Shown one piece after another: positions 39,560-53,044 of a stretch of DNA of 64,000 nt; position 1 is the stretch's first letter; the number at the start of each line of letters is the position of its first letter. The position numbers were made by a program, and so were the translations under genes. Where the stretch lies: positions 35,714,001 to 35,778,000 of the forward strand of contig NW_024704742.1 in NCBI RefSeq assembly GCF_018977255.1. The letters are read 5' to 3'. The DNA is from Callorhinchus milii. Taxonomy: Eukaryota. A model generated the notes under the pieces. The model saw only the letters and a program-made list of their open reading frames with translations. It ran no database searches and had not been told where the DNA came from.

Positions 39560-40150
39560 TAATGAAAGAATTTTGGATGGCACCAATCTATTGTGACTTC
39601 TGCAGGGATTTTAGTGTAAATACCTGTATCAGTGATCACCAATGTTCTGGAGCATTTACATGCAATATTAAAGACAGTTAGAGGCATGTTGAAGTTGGCC
39701 CAGGATTAGTGTAGATTGAAATGAATTGAAGATGACAATAGAAAGAAAGGACTTTAAATTTGCACCTGTTTGACAGAGAACAACCAAAATGTCCTCAAGG
39801 AAGTCTGAGGTGATAGGTGTCACTACGTTTGCAAACTGCCATTTGAACCAGTTTTAAACAAAAGCATATCCAGTGTTAACTGACTCAGGTTTGAAATGAT
39901 TTATAGAATATCTGAAAATGTTTGAAACTTGAAGAAGTTTGCCCTGCAGATACTGCAGAATAAAAGAGCTGAAGAATGAAAAGATCCTGTCAAGAAATTG
40001 TATCAGGGCAAATTCAGTGCTTGGTAAAGTTGACTGGCTACCCTGAGGTGGATGCATATAAGGAGTCATTGGGTAACTTGGTTAATAACATAAATGTTTC
40101 TGAAAGAATTGCAAAGGTGATGCTTTGAGGAAGTGGATTACGAGAGTTTG
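39560..40150 (-). mobile_element. Very old AT-rich CR1-group (Crack/Daphne-like) RT remnant
   Basis: STEFALIQFLDRI resembles the STxxAL..L.D.I RT motif; heavily degenerate. Confidence 0.4.
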
Positions 40151-40185
40151 CATACAATAGATTAATGTAGAATATGGTGCAAATA

Positions 40186-40560
40186 ATAATAATAATCCTT
40201 GCATTTGATATAGCGCCTTATCACGTCTTGAGACGTCTCAAAGCACTTCACAGAATATACTGTAAAGTGAATTGACTGTATAGTTTGTGTGCGAAACGCG
40301 GCAGCCAATTGTGCACAGCAGTGTCTGACAAACAGTCATGGATTGAGAGACCAAATTATTGTTTTTATATATATTTTTTGAAGGGATTATTACCCAGGGA
40401 AAAGTGATCCACCAATTGACTAACAACCAGGTTCCTACTTACTGCTGAATAAACAGAGGCGTGTGGAATGAGGAAACTTGCTTAAGGTTTCGTCCTGCCC
40501 AGGAATCAAACCCAGGTCCTCTCGCTTGCAAGGCGAGTGTTCTAACCACTAAGCTACAAT
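40186..40560 (-). mobile_element. Full-length tRNA/Deu SINE
   Basis: Reverse complement of the 51398-51765 family from head to (aat)n tail. Confidence 0.92.
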
Positions 40561-41314
40561 AGCTCTCCAGCTGAAAGAGTGTTTCTGCAAACAAATCCTT
40601 TTCACATTGAAAACTTTTTACAGGCTACAATAACTTCTGCTGAAGGTAGCCAGTCCTATGTTAATAATCTATACTACTCTTAGCCAAGCTGTCAACTGAA
40701 AGCCATTCACTGAGGTGGGGGGAGTGTGTATCAGACCCTCCAGCTGCAGAAGCACATCCATCCTGTTTGGCACTGTGCGTGATGATTTTTTCATGGGTTA
40801 AGGAGTTCTGAGAACAAAGATCATCAGGCCAAAGAATACCTTGGCTGCCTCCACTTGAAACCCTTAACGAAATAAAACCCTTGGTGCATTGTGGTACACA
40901 GAGCAGGTATCTCAACCTTCCACATATGTGTGGAAAATCAAACCCTGGGAACAGCTATGCCAACAAAGAGATCCTGAAACAGCTGCAAACATGCCTATGG
41001 GAAAGAGAGGCCCTGGATATCTTTATAGGAGCAAAAGCTACACTAGGATTCAATTCTCATTTCCTTTGAATGTAATCTCACTTACTCCGTCTGGCAACTA
41101 TGGTATTGCTTTTCATTGATAGTTGTCCTTCTTGTCTCAAACTATTGTCTGGAGTTGTCTGAATCATTTGAATAAATTCATATCTCATGATTGTAAGTTG
41201 TAAAGATATGCTACTTCAATAAACTTGAAGACTTAATGAGAAATACAGTAATTTGAGTTTGAGTCTGTGGAATGATTATTCTCATTATTGATGTTACCGA
41301 CTGTCTGATATTAC

Positions 41315-42000
41315 AACAATTTACGTTAATGTAGCACTTTTTACATCAGAAAGATGCCTGGAAGCGCTTAACACGGCTGACTGTGAGCCTGAGCTGTTAT
41401 GGGGGAAGATGGTGAAAAGCTTGGTCAAATAGGCAGATCTGAAGGCAGGGAGAAACTCTGAAATAATAATAATATAATAATAATCCTTGCATTTGATATA
41501 GCACCTTACCACATCTTCGAGACGTCTCAAAGCCCTTCACATAATATACTGTAAAATGAATCAACTGTGTATTTTGTGGGCGAAACGCAACAGCCAATTG
41601 CGCACAGCAGTGTCCCACAGTCGTGGATTGAGTGACCAAATTATTTATTTAAGGGATTATCACCCCCAGAAAAGCAAACCACAAATTGACTAACAACTGG
41701 GTTCCTATTTATTTATTATTTATTGTTCGTGTTTATTTCTTTACTGCTAGGTAAACAATGGAAGGGCAGATAGGGTGGGGGCGAGTCATGTTTGCTAAGA
41801 AGAGGGAGTGGCTTGTGGGGTTTAGGATCACAGTGTTAGAGTGGGGTGAGGCTCTGGAGGGAATTAAAGGTGAGGAGGAGGATGTTGAATACAATCCATT
41901 GGAAGATGGGAAGACAATGGAGCCAAGCAAGGATGGGGTGATTGCCTGTCGGAGAGGAAATGGTGGCAAAACATACTTGGACTGTATCACGGGAAGTCTT
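41315..42000 (-). mobile_element. Old L2 3' fragment split by a SINE (41462-41755)
   Basis: LAWLHCLPIFQWIVFNILLLTF; SINE core and tail inside. Confidence 0.75.
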
Positions 42001-42044
42001 ATTGCTTCTATTAACTTTAATATTGTGGCTGAAAGATAGATATA

Positions 42045-42735
42045 TATGAGGTACACCCCAAAAGTAATGCCTCCTATTTATTTTATTAAGAATGGTAAGT
42101 GGTACAGTGATGAAAAATATATACAAGATACTTGTATCTATCCCGCCCCTGCTGTGAAAGTTTTGTTCACTTCTAACTAGATGGAGGCACATGACAGCAG
42201 TTCAAAATGGTACAAAGCATTGATACGGGTGTTAAGCAGAGAGCGGTTCTCACAGCTGGGGGGCCTTCACCGATTGAGAGTCAACATCTCATGATTAAAG
42301 TGTAGGGACAGTTATGTGTTGATTTGAGTACACTGGGAAAAGTGGAGAGACTGAACTTCAAGATAGGTCTTGCAGGGGTGGTTGTCAACAACTGTTAATG
42401 AAGAAGAAGCTAAAAGCCCATATAAGGAGAACCTGTCCAAACACTAACATGATAGAAGTGCTTTTGCCAATGCCAGATCCCACACAGGCCTCCGAATATC
42501 AGAAGCCATTGGACGAATCAGATGGACTGTGCTTCCTCACCCTCCATATGGCCCAGATTTGGCGTCCTCAGACTTTCATTCTCTTTGGTCCTCTGAAGCA
42601 AGGCTTACATAGACAACATTTTGAAAATGATGATGCCCTAAAGAATGCTGTTCGTCAATGGCTCCGTAACAAAGATGCATCATTTGACCAGCATTCTGGC
42701 ACTGCTTCCACATTGGCGCACCTGTGTACATTGTG
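42045..42735 (+). mobile_element. Internally deleted Tc1/mariner (mariner-type) DNA transposon
   Basis: TA + tgaggtacaccccaaaagtaatgcctcctatttatt left TIR; N-terminal KQRAV..LTAGGPSPIE..VDLST; C-terminal WTVLPHPPYGPDLASSDFH and LFGPLKQGLHRQHFENDDALKNAVRQWLR. Right TIR not clear. Confidence 0.9.
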
Positions 42736-44449
42736 ATTGTGACTTTTATTAAGCATTGCCTCATGGGCCACTGGTGTATTTATAAAAGTTTCTTTTGTGT
42801 CTATGCTAAGTTTTGTAAGTTAATAATTAAAGAATTTTGTGAAAGGGTCCAGAATTTTTGCGCAACCCTTTTCTACCATTTTCTACCCATGCAAAACCAT
42901 AAGGCAGCAAGTAGGCAAAATAAAGAGGTTCAGTCTGTTTAGCTAGGTCACATTTAAGTTGGTGTTTTGGTGAAAGGAATGCTTTCACCGGGGGCTATTT
43001 TGTGATATTTATTAACCGAATTTTAGCAGCATTTGATTGTTTACAAAATGTCGTTATTCCACATTTCTTGTTAAGAAATCTGTTAATGTATGTTACAAAT
43101 TGACCCCACTGTTTATAACACAATTTATATAATTTTTAAATTAACAGACTAACAAGTAAAATTTCAATTCACATGTTATGAATTTTGCTGCTAATAATGC
43201 AAATAAAACATACGGATCATTTTATACGTTTGCCAGATTAATATTTTTACCAGATTTTAGCTGTCTATCAAATCTGACCTTTAGGAATGGAAAATTTATG
43301 AAGTTTGCCACAAGGAACAGGTGTTATTGATGTAGGTTGCTCTGTTTTGGATTCTGTCAAATCTTGTGAGGGGTATTTATAGAAAATGAATTAATTTTTA
43401 CAACCCACATATAAAGCAGTATGTTCACCTGTGCCTCTACGTTAGATGATTGACATGTAAAATCCCAGCCCTTCTACACAGTATCAAAAACAGCTGAAAA
43501 TGAGGTTCAAAGCCCTTTGAAGAGCTGGAACCTTTTGTCTTTAAAATTTCTGTTTCGTCCCTGTAGTTTGTTGTGGCTCTTGATCCAAAATTCCTCATCA
43601 GTTCAGTAATCTACATTGTGTTTCAGTAGTTGCACAGATGCTTGCTGTATGCTTTGTTAAGTTGTTCATATAGCTGTTTGATGGGGACTCAGATATATCA
43701 TACCTTTCTTAAGATCTTGTATGAGATGGACAGATCTTCAAAAACCTGAGTTAACAGCACAAATCAGACAAGCAAGGCAGGGGTAAATCCAATTTAATGT
43801 CTAATCGTATTTTTTGCACCTTGAAGTCGCTTCACCTCTTCCTCATTCTTTGCTTAGAATCGCTCCTCCTCTCCCAAAGCTGTGATCTTACTTTTAACAT
43901 ATGTACAAACCCTTAAAATGAATGTTCTTGCTACAATGAAGCCTTACATATTTTACAGTAAACTTGTGAAACCATCAAATCACTGATATTAGGAGTCAGG
44001 GATTTTGTGAAAAAGTGATCACAACAGTGGACTGGGGTATAGGGGATTCCAGAAGCATCCTTGGGTGTTATCATGAATAGAGATATAGATACTGACCAGT
44101 ACAAGTTAGCAGTGCAGGGCAGCACCCTGAGGGTCACTATTTCAGGAACCAATTTGATCTCTGCCCACAACGATTGTTAACACAGACCTGGTCAACCAGG
44201 AGAAGTCAGTGTCACTCCATGAAGTTATTTTCATTTCATTATATATATATATAAACAGGGAAAATGGCTGCTTAATTCAAAGCTGATTCCAAGCAGGTAC
44301 TGCACTCCTTTGGTGTGTGGGTTGTAGGAATATTGGCTAACTCAATACAAAATTGCCACTGCAATGCTGTGAAGTCCAATGGATACCACAACGGCTTTGA
44401 GCTCAATTGTGAGAGGCAGGGCAGGGGAGCTCACATTACCCTCTCTTCA

Positions 44450-44812
44450 CACATAACAACTTTCATTTGTATATCTTTAAACGTGGGAGATTCTTGAAAT
44501 GCTTAATGGTGGAACTTGATGCTAAGCCGGGGAGAAGTGACCGTAGAGGATGGTCTTCAGGTGTGATTTGAAGATGGACAAGGAGGAGGCAGGGTGGAGG
44601 GATTGATGCAGAGAGTTACATAGTTTCGGGGCATAATAGTTGAAAACAGGGCCACTGATGGTGGAGCAGAGGAGACGAGGGATGTTCAGGAGGCCAGAGG
44701 CAGGGAGCTGCCAAGGCATGAAGTGATTTGTACACGAGTCACTTCATGCCCTAACACCTCCCTACCTCTCTGACCTCCTTATACCCCACTCCGCCACCCG
44801 TGCCTTCACTCA
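44450..44812. mobile_element. L2 3' fragment with fold-back inversion near 44732
   Basis: Minus-strand YYAPKLCNSLHQSL...FKSHLKT, then a + strand continuation after a palindromic junction. Confidence 0.8.
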
Positions 44813-44874
44813 ACTGGCTCCCTACCACAACATATGGACCTTCAGGTGCGAAAGTAAGTTCGGCAACACAAAAG

Positions 44875-44995
44875 TCGTCCCAGCTGATGTCAGTTAAATT
44901 CCGTAGACTGGGAATTGAACCTGCGACTTTCTGAACATTTGACTTTGTTCTACACATGGTTGGCAGTGCCTTTACCCTCGACAACTTAAATGGAG
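44875..44995 (-). mobile_element. AmnSINE2-like SINE head
   Basis: Reverse complement cagaaagtcgcaggttcaattcccagtctacggaatttaactgacatcagctggg. Confidence 0.5.
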
Positions 44996-47011
44996 CCAAA
45001 TTAGTCATTTTGTCAGCAATCATCTTGGCTCCTACACATAATCTGTTAATGTTTATTTTCATCTTGGAGTCAGCCCAGGTGACTGTGATATGCTAATAGA
45101 GATAGGGAACTAGTGGGCACCAAATGAGCATTCATTGATGCCAACTCAATAAACCTGGTTCAAACTGGTGCTGAAATTGAAGCAACCACAATTTATGAAG
45201 AATGTTGCAAAATATTCATTCCAAGTTTAGTGATTCACAGAGGGTAAAATTCTTTATCAAACCACATACAATTGGCACAGAATGTTAACATTTGGGGCAA
45301 CTCTTTGTTCATCTGAATAATCTCTCAATTTCTAAAGGTACATCAATTTCTGTTATCTTTCATTTTATTATATGACTACCTATCCCTTCCAGTGGAGAGA
45401 GTGGAGGCATAGTGACTTAAAGCTTAGATGATATTGATGGGGCAGAGGAAAGGGAGTGAGTTGGGGAAGGTTGCAGAAGTAAGATGTTAGCTCTTATGGA
45501 GCTAACATCCAGTTTTTGGAATTCTCAATATATGTTGAGGAGCAGGAAGTGTAAAGCACAGTTCCCACTCCATATTCCTTAACTGCTGCTTGAAGTGAAG
45601 TTGCTTGCAAAGGAACATATGGCTGTAAAATTACAGTTAATGTGGTGTCTGTCACCAAACATGATGCCATGATTTTTATTTCAATGGGGATTTCCTTATG
45701 AGTCGGTGACTCACACATGTTTAGGTGTAGATCACATGTCTGCAGTTTTTTTATGATCATTTAGAGGATTCTAGCAGTGATTCACGAATACTTGCATAGA
45801 ATTCAATTATTTGTCCAAAATGTATAACAGCAAAAAAAATCTTAATGGATAAATTGCTCTGATCCTTTTATATGAAGAACAATATATGTTTAAAAGCACA
45901 AATGCTCATGGTAACACAAGGATCATGATTTTAATAGGTTTCACACAGAAGAAATAATAATGACCAGTTTCCTATTGTGGTTTCCTGCATAGAAGAGGGT
46001 TAGTTTAATGTGTCCCTGCAGCAATCCCCTTGTTATTATGTAACCAGTTTGAGGACCCTACTTATGTAAATCAAAATCAAATAATATTTCAACGATATTA
46101 GGAGTGAAGCATTGCTCCATTGTGAACGTTTCTGGGATTTTGTAATGATGTTAAATATTGGAGCCTTTTATTTGAAAATGATAAAAGCACTAAAGATATA
46201 TATGTTTTGAAACCTGAATCCTCATGGCACTCAAAGGGTTAGGTTACTTGCTTTCCAACAAGTTGCATTGATTTCGATTACATTTTCAGACATTTGTCTC
46301 TAATCCACAAGAAACTAAACATAAACATCCATTCTGACATATAAACAAGTGCAAAATTATAGACTGAGGCCGAATTCTGATTTTGTTAAAAATATGTTTG
46401 CACTTATGTGTTTCTTAGTATAAAATTTGTGGGAAACACACTGAGTGTGGAGGTCACTGTCAGAGGCGCAATCCAGTTACACCCTTTACGCAGCCCATTT
46501 TACAAACAAATTTTATTGCATTCCAGTTTTTCTCGTGGGAACATTTTATATCATGAGTTCAAAATCCAAACTACCTACCTCTCTCATTCTAGAAAAAAGC
46601 TTTACTGCAAGATCAAATGATATGTTGCAATCTGCTTAAAAAAGCAGCAGAATGAGAAGTGAACAATGAAGAATAAAAAAACTACATTACAAGTATTTAT
46701 TATTTTGAAGTCTTTTTATCTTTCAACTATTTTTAATACTTTAATTGCTGGCTTTAGTTTTGGAGCATTTTTAGCAAGGTTGTGGATTCATGCCCCACAG
46801 TCATTAAGTTCATTAACTCCAATTCTGACCTATTTCTCCAGACTTTTTGTGCTGCTCACTTCCCTCATTTTGCAAACACCTTGGGCCTTCTATTTCTCTT
46901 AACGCTTCTGTTTCACCATTGGCAGCCAAGCTTTCAGCCACTGTGGTTCTAATCCCTGAAACTCCCTTCAAAAATCTCTCTGTCTCGCTCCTGCTCCCTT
47001 TCTTCAAAGGT

Positions 47012-47670
47012 CAAACAACAACAACAACTTGGATTTATAATGCGCCCTCCACACCGGACGGTGTCTTAGAGCGCTTCACAATAATGGATCCCGGCACCGA
47101 GCCAGGGGGGATGGGGAGGAAGGTGACCAAGGGCGCGGTCGAAAAGAAAGGTCTTCAGTAGAGACTTGAAAATAGGAAGGGAGGGAGCGAGGCAAAGGGA
47201 GTGAGGAAGGGAGTTTCAGCGCCTCGGAGTATAGTGGCTGAAGGCACGGCCACAGAGAGTGGAGCGGAGGACTTGGGGGACAAGGAGGATGCCAGACCCA
47301 GAGGAACAAAGGCAACTATGTTGAGGATAGAGGAGGTCAGAGAAGATAGTGGGGTGCAGAGGAGTGCAGGGACTTGAATACAAGGGTGAGGATCTTGAAG
47401 TCGATCCTCTCTGAGACAGGCAGCCAGTGCAGTCTGGTAAGGACTGGGGTAATCGGGGAGCGCAGTTTCGTGCGGATGAGAATGCGGGCGGCAGAGTTCT
47501 GAATGAGTTGGATTTTATGGATGGCAGTGGATGGGAGACCGGCGAGGAGGGCGTTGGAGTAGTCCAGCCGAGAGGTGACAAAGGCATGGACCAGGGTTTC
47601 AGCGGCTTTCGGAGAGAGGTATTGGCGGAGACGGGCGATGCGTCGGAGGTGGAAGAAGGTGGTGCTAGTG
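47012..47670 (-). mobile_element. L2 3' fragment nested in an older + strand L2 end (46790-47010 and 47690-47780)
   Basis: (caa)n tail at 47012-47030, L2 C-terminal motifs; the flanks join as one + strand L2 3' end. Confidence 0.88.
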
Positions 47671-48957
47671 TCATGCCTTCATCTTACCTTGCTTTTAACT
47701 TGCCTGTGATCCCTCCTCTCCACTTAAAGCACTTTGAGACATGTTCCTATGTGAAATGTGCTATGTAAGTGTTCTTTCTGCTGTTGGAGTTAAATACTCA
47801 TTTTATAATGTGTCTTTTCAGCTGTGTAATGTTACAAATGTTCCTCCTTAATGACCTTTGAAAAGCATGTTTGTGGTTCAGGTCTTAACTCTGGATTCTG
47901 ACGGTAGAAATACTCAGTATAGAGTTGATACGGGAGAATTCATCCCTTCCCGTGTTAATCACTTGACACTTTTTTTTATAAAATCTATGTTTTGGTCAAA
48001 TTAGCAAGTACAGAAATACTAGTGAAATAAATAAGGTCAGTACTTTCGAAGAATGTTATCTATCCGGCATCTGATATTTGATGCAGAAGAACAATATTTC
48101 TATCTGTTTTTGATTCTGCATTTTAGCTCCTTTCTTATGTTCCTTTCATTAACCATTGCCTCATGGGCCACATTTGTGTTTGAGGCTGTGTCATATTAAA
48201 ATTCTTTGAGAGCATTGTGGCGTTTTCAAAGCCCTTCACCTGCTCCAGTGTAACCTGAGTTGAGCAATCCTGCACGCTTGTCTGAGACAGAATGGGGCTT
48301 AGGGATTCATTAGTAATATTGAATCCAGAAGCAGGCACAGGTGCATGACTTCTGGCTTGAAATTAATTTGCATAATGGCAGCCAGGTAATTGAAGCTCTC
48401 AATGGTCGATCGACCATGTGAAAAGATCAGAGAATTGTATTTGTGCACTGTTGTTAATGCTTTTCCACTCTGTGAAGTTCTAATAAATTTAAAGCAGCAA
48501 AGCTGATTAACACATTGGATTTGTCTTAGATCTACACAGGTGTTTACTTCTTTGCCCCAGGTGGAGTCTGTTGGTCTTCGGTGGAATGTTGCATAATCTA
48601 TTATATCTATGTGCTATATTGTTCCAACTGAGGTACAATTTGAGGAATATATAATCAGGATTATTTTTGTACAAAAAAGAAGGATTTTTTAAAATCTCAG
48701 CACAAATGCACGTCTTACTTGGCTGAGGTGGGGGGTGGGAGGAACACGAGAATGCGATTCGGCCCATCAAGCCTGTCCATCACTTTCTAAGATCATGGCA
48801 GATCCGTGCCCTTGCTCCATATCCCTTGATATGAGTGGCGGGAAGATTATCAATTTCCACACACTTGATTTTCGCTTCTTTCCCACTCCTAATTTTCTCT
48901 TTGAACTCCTTCCTTTCCTGAAGGTTTTTCGCTTCTTTATTCTTCTATTGGAGTAAG

Positions 48958-49682
48958 GCGTCTTGTTTGACCCTCAGCTATCCTTTCTACCCCACATCGG
49001 CGCCATAACCTGCTCTGCCTTCCCCCACCTCCGCAACATCGCCCAGATTCACCACTGTCTTACACCATAGGCTGCTGAGACCCTTATACACGCATTCATA
49101 ACATCCAGGCTCGACTATGCAAACTCGCTGCTTGTTAGCCTCCAAAACTCCTCCCTCCATAGGCTGCAGATCATCTAGAACTCTGCAGCCCATGTCATCT
49201 CCCGCACTAGGCTTCACGACCCTATCACCCCCATCCTCGCACGACTCCACTGGCTTCCCATCACACAGAGGATACAGTTCAAGATCCTGGTCCTCACCTT
49301 CAAAGCCCTCCATGGCCTTGCTCCCATCTACCTCTGCGACCTCCTAACCCCCTACCAACCTGCCTGCTCCCTCCGCTCAGCAGGCTGCGGCCTGCTTCAC
49401 GTCCCCCTACTCACATGCCCCACCATTGGCGGGTGGGCCTTCTGCCATTCTGTCCCCACCCTCTGGAACTCCATCCCGCAGTCCCTCCGCCTCACCCCCT
49501 CCCTTGCCTCCTTCAAGACTTGCCTCGTCTTTGGTTGTGCTTTTGCTCACCCACCTTCCCCCCCTGCCCTCCACCTTTCCCAATCCCAACCCCCAGCTCG
49601 GGCCTGAAACACTGACTGTCCAGCGCCTTGGGAGGTCCTCCCAACGTGAAAGGTGATATACAAATGTAATTTTGTTGTTGTT
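48958..49682 (+). mobile_element. L2 3' fragment
   Basis: HAFITSRLDYANSLL..LHWLP..GGWAF; (ttg)n tail. Confidence 0.93.
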
Positions 49683-49694
49683 CCACAGTAGGGG

Positions 49695-49775
49695 TCTGGT
49701 ACATCGTCCGTGTATGGACAATGAGCATCGGCAGGCTATTTGACCATGGGGGACCAAAAAACAGCCAACACTCCT
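49695..49775 (-). mobile_element. Nin-domain (AmnSINE2-type) SINE core fragment
   Basis: Reverse complement cccccatggtcaaatagcctgccgatgctcattgtcca matches the recalled Nin core. Confidence 0.55.
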
Positions 49776-51397
49776 TTTGGAAGTAAGGCGGTTTCTGCAT
49801 GGCAAGCAAACTTGGGAACCCTGACTGAGATGTTACACTTGTTGTGGTTCTCCAGCTGCTTCTGGCCTTATGGACTTGTTTGAACTGCCGATGTCTTCAC
49901 TCATTAGAGCATTGGAGAACCTCTTTGCTCTTTTTCAGATATGTAAATAGTTTAAGATTTTATTTTGTAATGCCTCTTTATCAAAGTATTTTAATTGTTT
50001 TGCATTTCTTTACTTTAAAAGATGAGGCCAATAAATCTTCCTCTAACACTTTTGTACTTTGTTTTCATTTCTATTTTTACACTATTACACTGTATCATTT
50101 TGCTTCACCACAAAGCAAATCCATGGAGCAAATTATCCTCACTATTGGGCCTACCCCTGTGCAGTAAGCAAAGTGTGTGGATTATTGGACATTGTGCAAA
50201 ATACAAATTGTTCCTTCAGAATTACTGTATTACACTTGTGCCAGCCTCACTCTCTGCAATCTTCTCTGACTTTTTTTGTTCTCTTTTTCTACCTCTCTCT
50301 TTCTATTGCTAATACTAAACCGTAGACTGTAAAAATCTAAGGACTTACCTTTGCCAGCAGCAAAAAATATGTTGGTGCATATGTGTGAAGTTGTAAGCAT
50401 GTTCAGGAAGCATTTGATATAGTGCCTTATCACGTCTTTGAGACGTTTCAAAGTGCTTCGCTGAATATACTGTAAAGTGAATTGACTCTGATAGCCAGCA
50501 TTGGAGTTCTTTTAAAAACCTTAGACAGAACTTTGCATATGCACAGAACTGCGTCACTTTTGACTACTGTTAAGCGCTGTGAAATTTGATGGAAATTGCT
50601 GTTGTTCTGCCAGTATCTCACATCCAATTTCCACTTTGCACGTCCATGCGGATAAATGGTGTGCAGATAAACACCGTTTTGTTATAAGGGTGACGTAGTA
50701 AGTATCACTGAACAGAAAATATTAAAAATGTGTCCTTAAAACCCTGTCTTTAATAAGTTTGTGAGTAAACAGCCCCTCCCTGGACAGAATGGTTTTGCGC
50801 AGTCTCACTGATGATTGAATATTGGCATCACAGTTTCATTTAGCTGGTGAAGAGCAGAGTCACCTTTATTCCCGATCAGAGGAGCAGCGTTTCACTTCTG
50901 CTTCATCAGCAAATACTGACGTAAAATTAAGGTGAAGTGGTGTTGCCTCCTTGTGAGAGTAAATGTTACCAACAGTTACTAGTAATGCAAAGCATATAGA
51001 TGAGGAAGAGAGTCGATTTACTCAATTGTAGGTAAAGCAGCCACTTTTCAAATTAGCTCCACACATTGACTTTCTCATCTTCCTTCTTGAGAACAAGTAT
51101 ATGGCACAATGTGTTTTTTTCTAATTTTTGTATCCTTCGATTTTGTAAGAAGCTTTGTAAAATGTGTTCACATTTTCTTTTGCTTGAATTATACTCTGGA
51201 TTATTAATCATTTAATTATTTCATCTACTTTGTTATATTGCTTAAAGCGTAGTTCTTTTTCAATGTTTTTTAATACAGTATTTTGTTGACTGTTTCTTAC
51301 AATGGGGAACCCTTTTGTTGGTACGAACAATTGCTCATGTTCCTTATAGATTGTTACCATCTTAGAAAGGAGGGTATTTTTCTGTACTCCATTTGTT

Positions 51398-51765
51398 ATG
51401 GAGTCCTGTAGCTCAGTGGTTAGAACATTCGCCTCACAAGCGAAAGACCCTGGTTTGATTCCCGGCAGGGCGAAATGTTGGGCAAGTTTCCTTACCCCAC
51501 ACGCCTCTGTTTACCTAGCAGTAAGTAGGATCCCGGTTGTTAGTCAATTGGCGGATTGTTTTTCCGGGTGTAATAATTCCTTCAAAAAAAATAATAATGA
51601 ATTGGTCACTTCAATCCGCGACTGTTTGTGGGACACTGCTGTGCTCAATTGGCTGCCGTGTTTTGCCCACAAAATGTACAGCCAATTCAGTTTGTTCTGT
51701 GAAGAGCTTTGAGACTTCTAGAAGACCTGATAAGGCACTATATAAAACGCAAGGATCTTATTATA
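51398..51765 (+). mobile_element. Full-length tRNA/Deu SINE
   Basis: ggagtcctgtagctcagtggttagaac head, Deu core, L2-like tail. Confidence 0.92.
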
Positions 51766-52193
51766 AGGGAAATGGCCCATGTATAGTTTGTCCTCAAAAT
51801 AGTCACTTCACTTCACAGAAAATCCAGTAAAAAGTTTGAGACATCCACCTGATGTGAAAGGCAGTACAGCAAATGCAAGTATTATTATTATAATAAAACC
51901 AGATTTTAGCTTGAGATGTTTTTTGTGGTCTAAACAATCTTTTTTAAGGAAAGATTATTTAAGTTGTTTGGAAAAAGGGCCTTTTAGACACATCTGCCTT
52001 ATTGATTTTCCTGCATGAATGAGTTATCTGCTCAAGAGATACAGACTATAATGCATCTTAATTTGGAGAATAATTACCCACTGATGAGTGATTAATCAAT
52101 GTATTTCCTTTGTAAAGTTGGCCCCTTTCTTCCATAACAACATTGGCATTATTAAAATGAGCAATCAGGATTTATAGAGGAAAAGCCACTGAG

Positions 52194-52345
52194 ATCATAG
52201 AATCATAGAATTAGACAGCACAGAAGGAGGCCTTTCGGCCCATTGTGTCCGTGCCGGCTCTTTGAAAAGAACTATCCAATTCAATCCCACTCCCCCGCGC
52301 TCTCCCCATAGCCCCGCAAACTTGTCCTCCCTAAATAACCATCTA
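52194..52345 (-). mobile_element. CR1 3' end
   Basis: (atcataga)2 tail; highly similar to the reverse complement of 63175-63317. Confidence 0.85.
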
Positions 52346-53044
52346 TTTGATGTACAGTTAGATTTAGTAGGATTCACCCATAATTCTTCTTGGCTACAGC
52401 TGAGGTGGCCTCTGTAAGTATGTTTGAACTCCTTTGAACAGAAGAATAAGAAGCAGCTGATAAAATAGAGTTATCTAAATACAGAGAAATGCAACAATAT
52501 AATAAAAGAATCATTCCAACACATGTTTTTAGTGGCTCTTTTTAGGGAGGTGACAAACCATTTCTGAGGAGATGAAGCTCTTGTGAAATTTCTCCCTCAA
52601 CTCTTTCCCAGTATTTTCCCCTCCGCTCTCCCAGATAATTTAATAGCAGTGTATTAATACTACTTAAATTATTCAGCTCTAAACAGGTTATATTCCTATG
52701 GTATCAGCAGCACATGAACCCTTGTGTTTCTGATCAGCTGTCTGCTTATTTCTGTGTCCTTTCATTCCATTCTTAACCAGATATTTATCCAGCTCATTTT
52801 TAAAGCACTGAATAATGAATACAACCAGAATGTACAATTATATCAGTTGCTCATAATGCTATTCATATTCTAAGCTGTTCTAAACATTGTAAACCACTGT
52901 TGTTCTGGTTTACAAATACGTAAACTTGTAACTTTTCATTTAAAATATTACATGGAACTTCTCCTTGTGCATCTCAGTAATGAGAGAACTCACAGTTCAG
53001 ACCAGTTTTTCAGTGTTTATTTTTCATTTTGTTCTGTGAATCTG

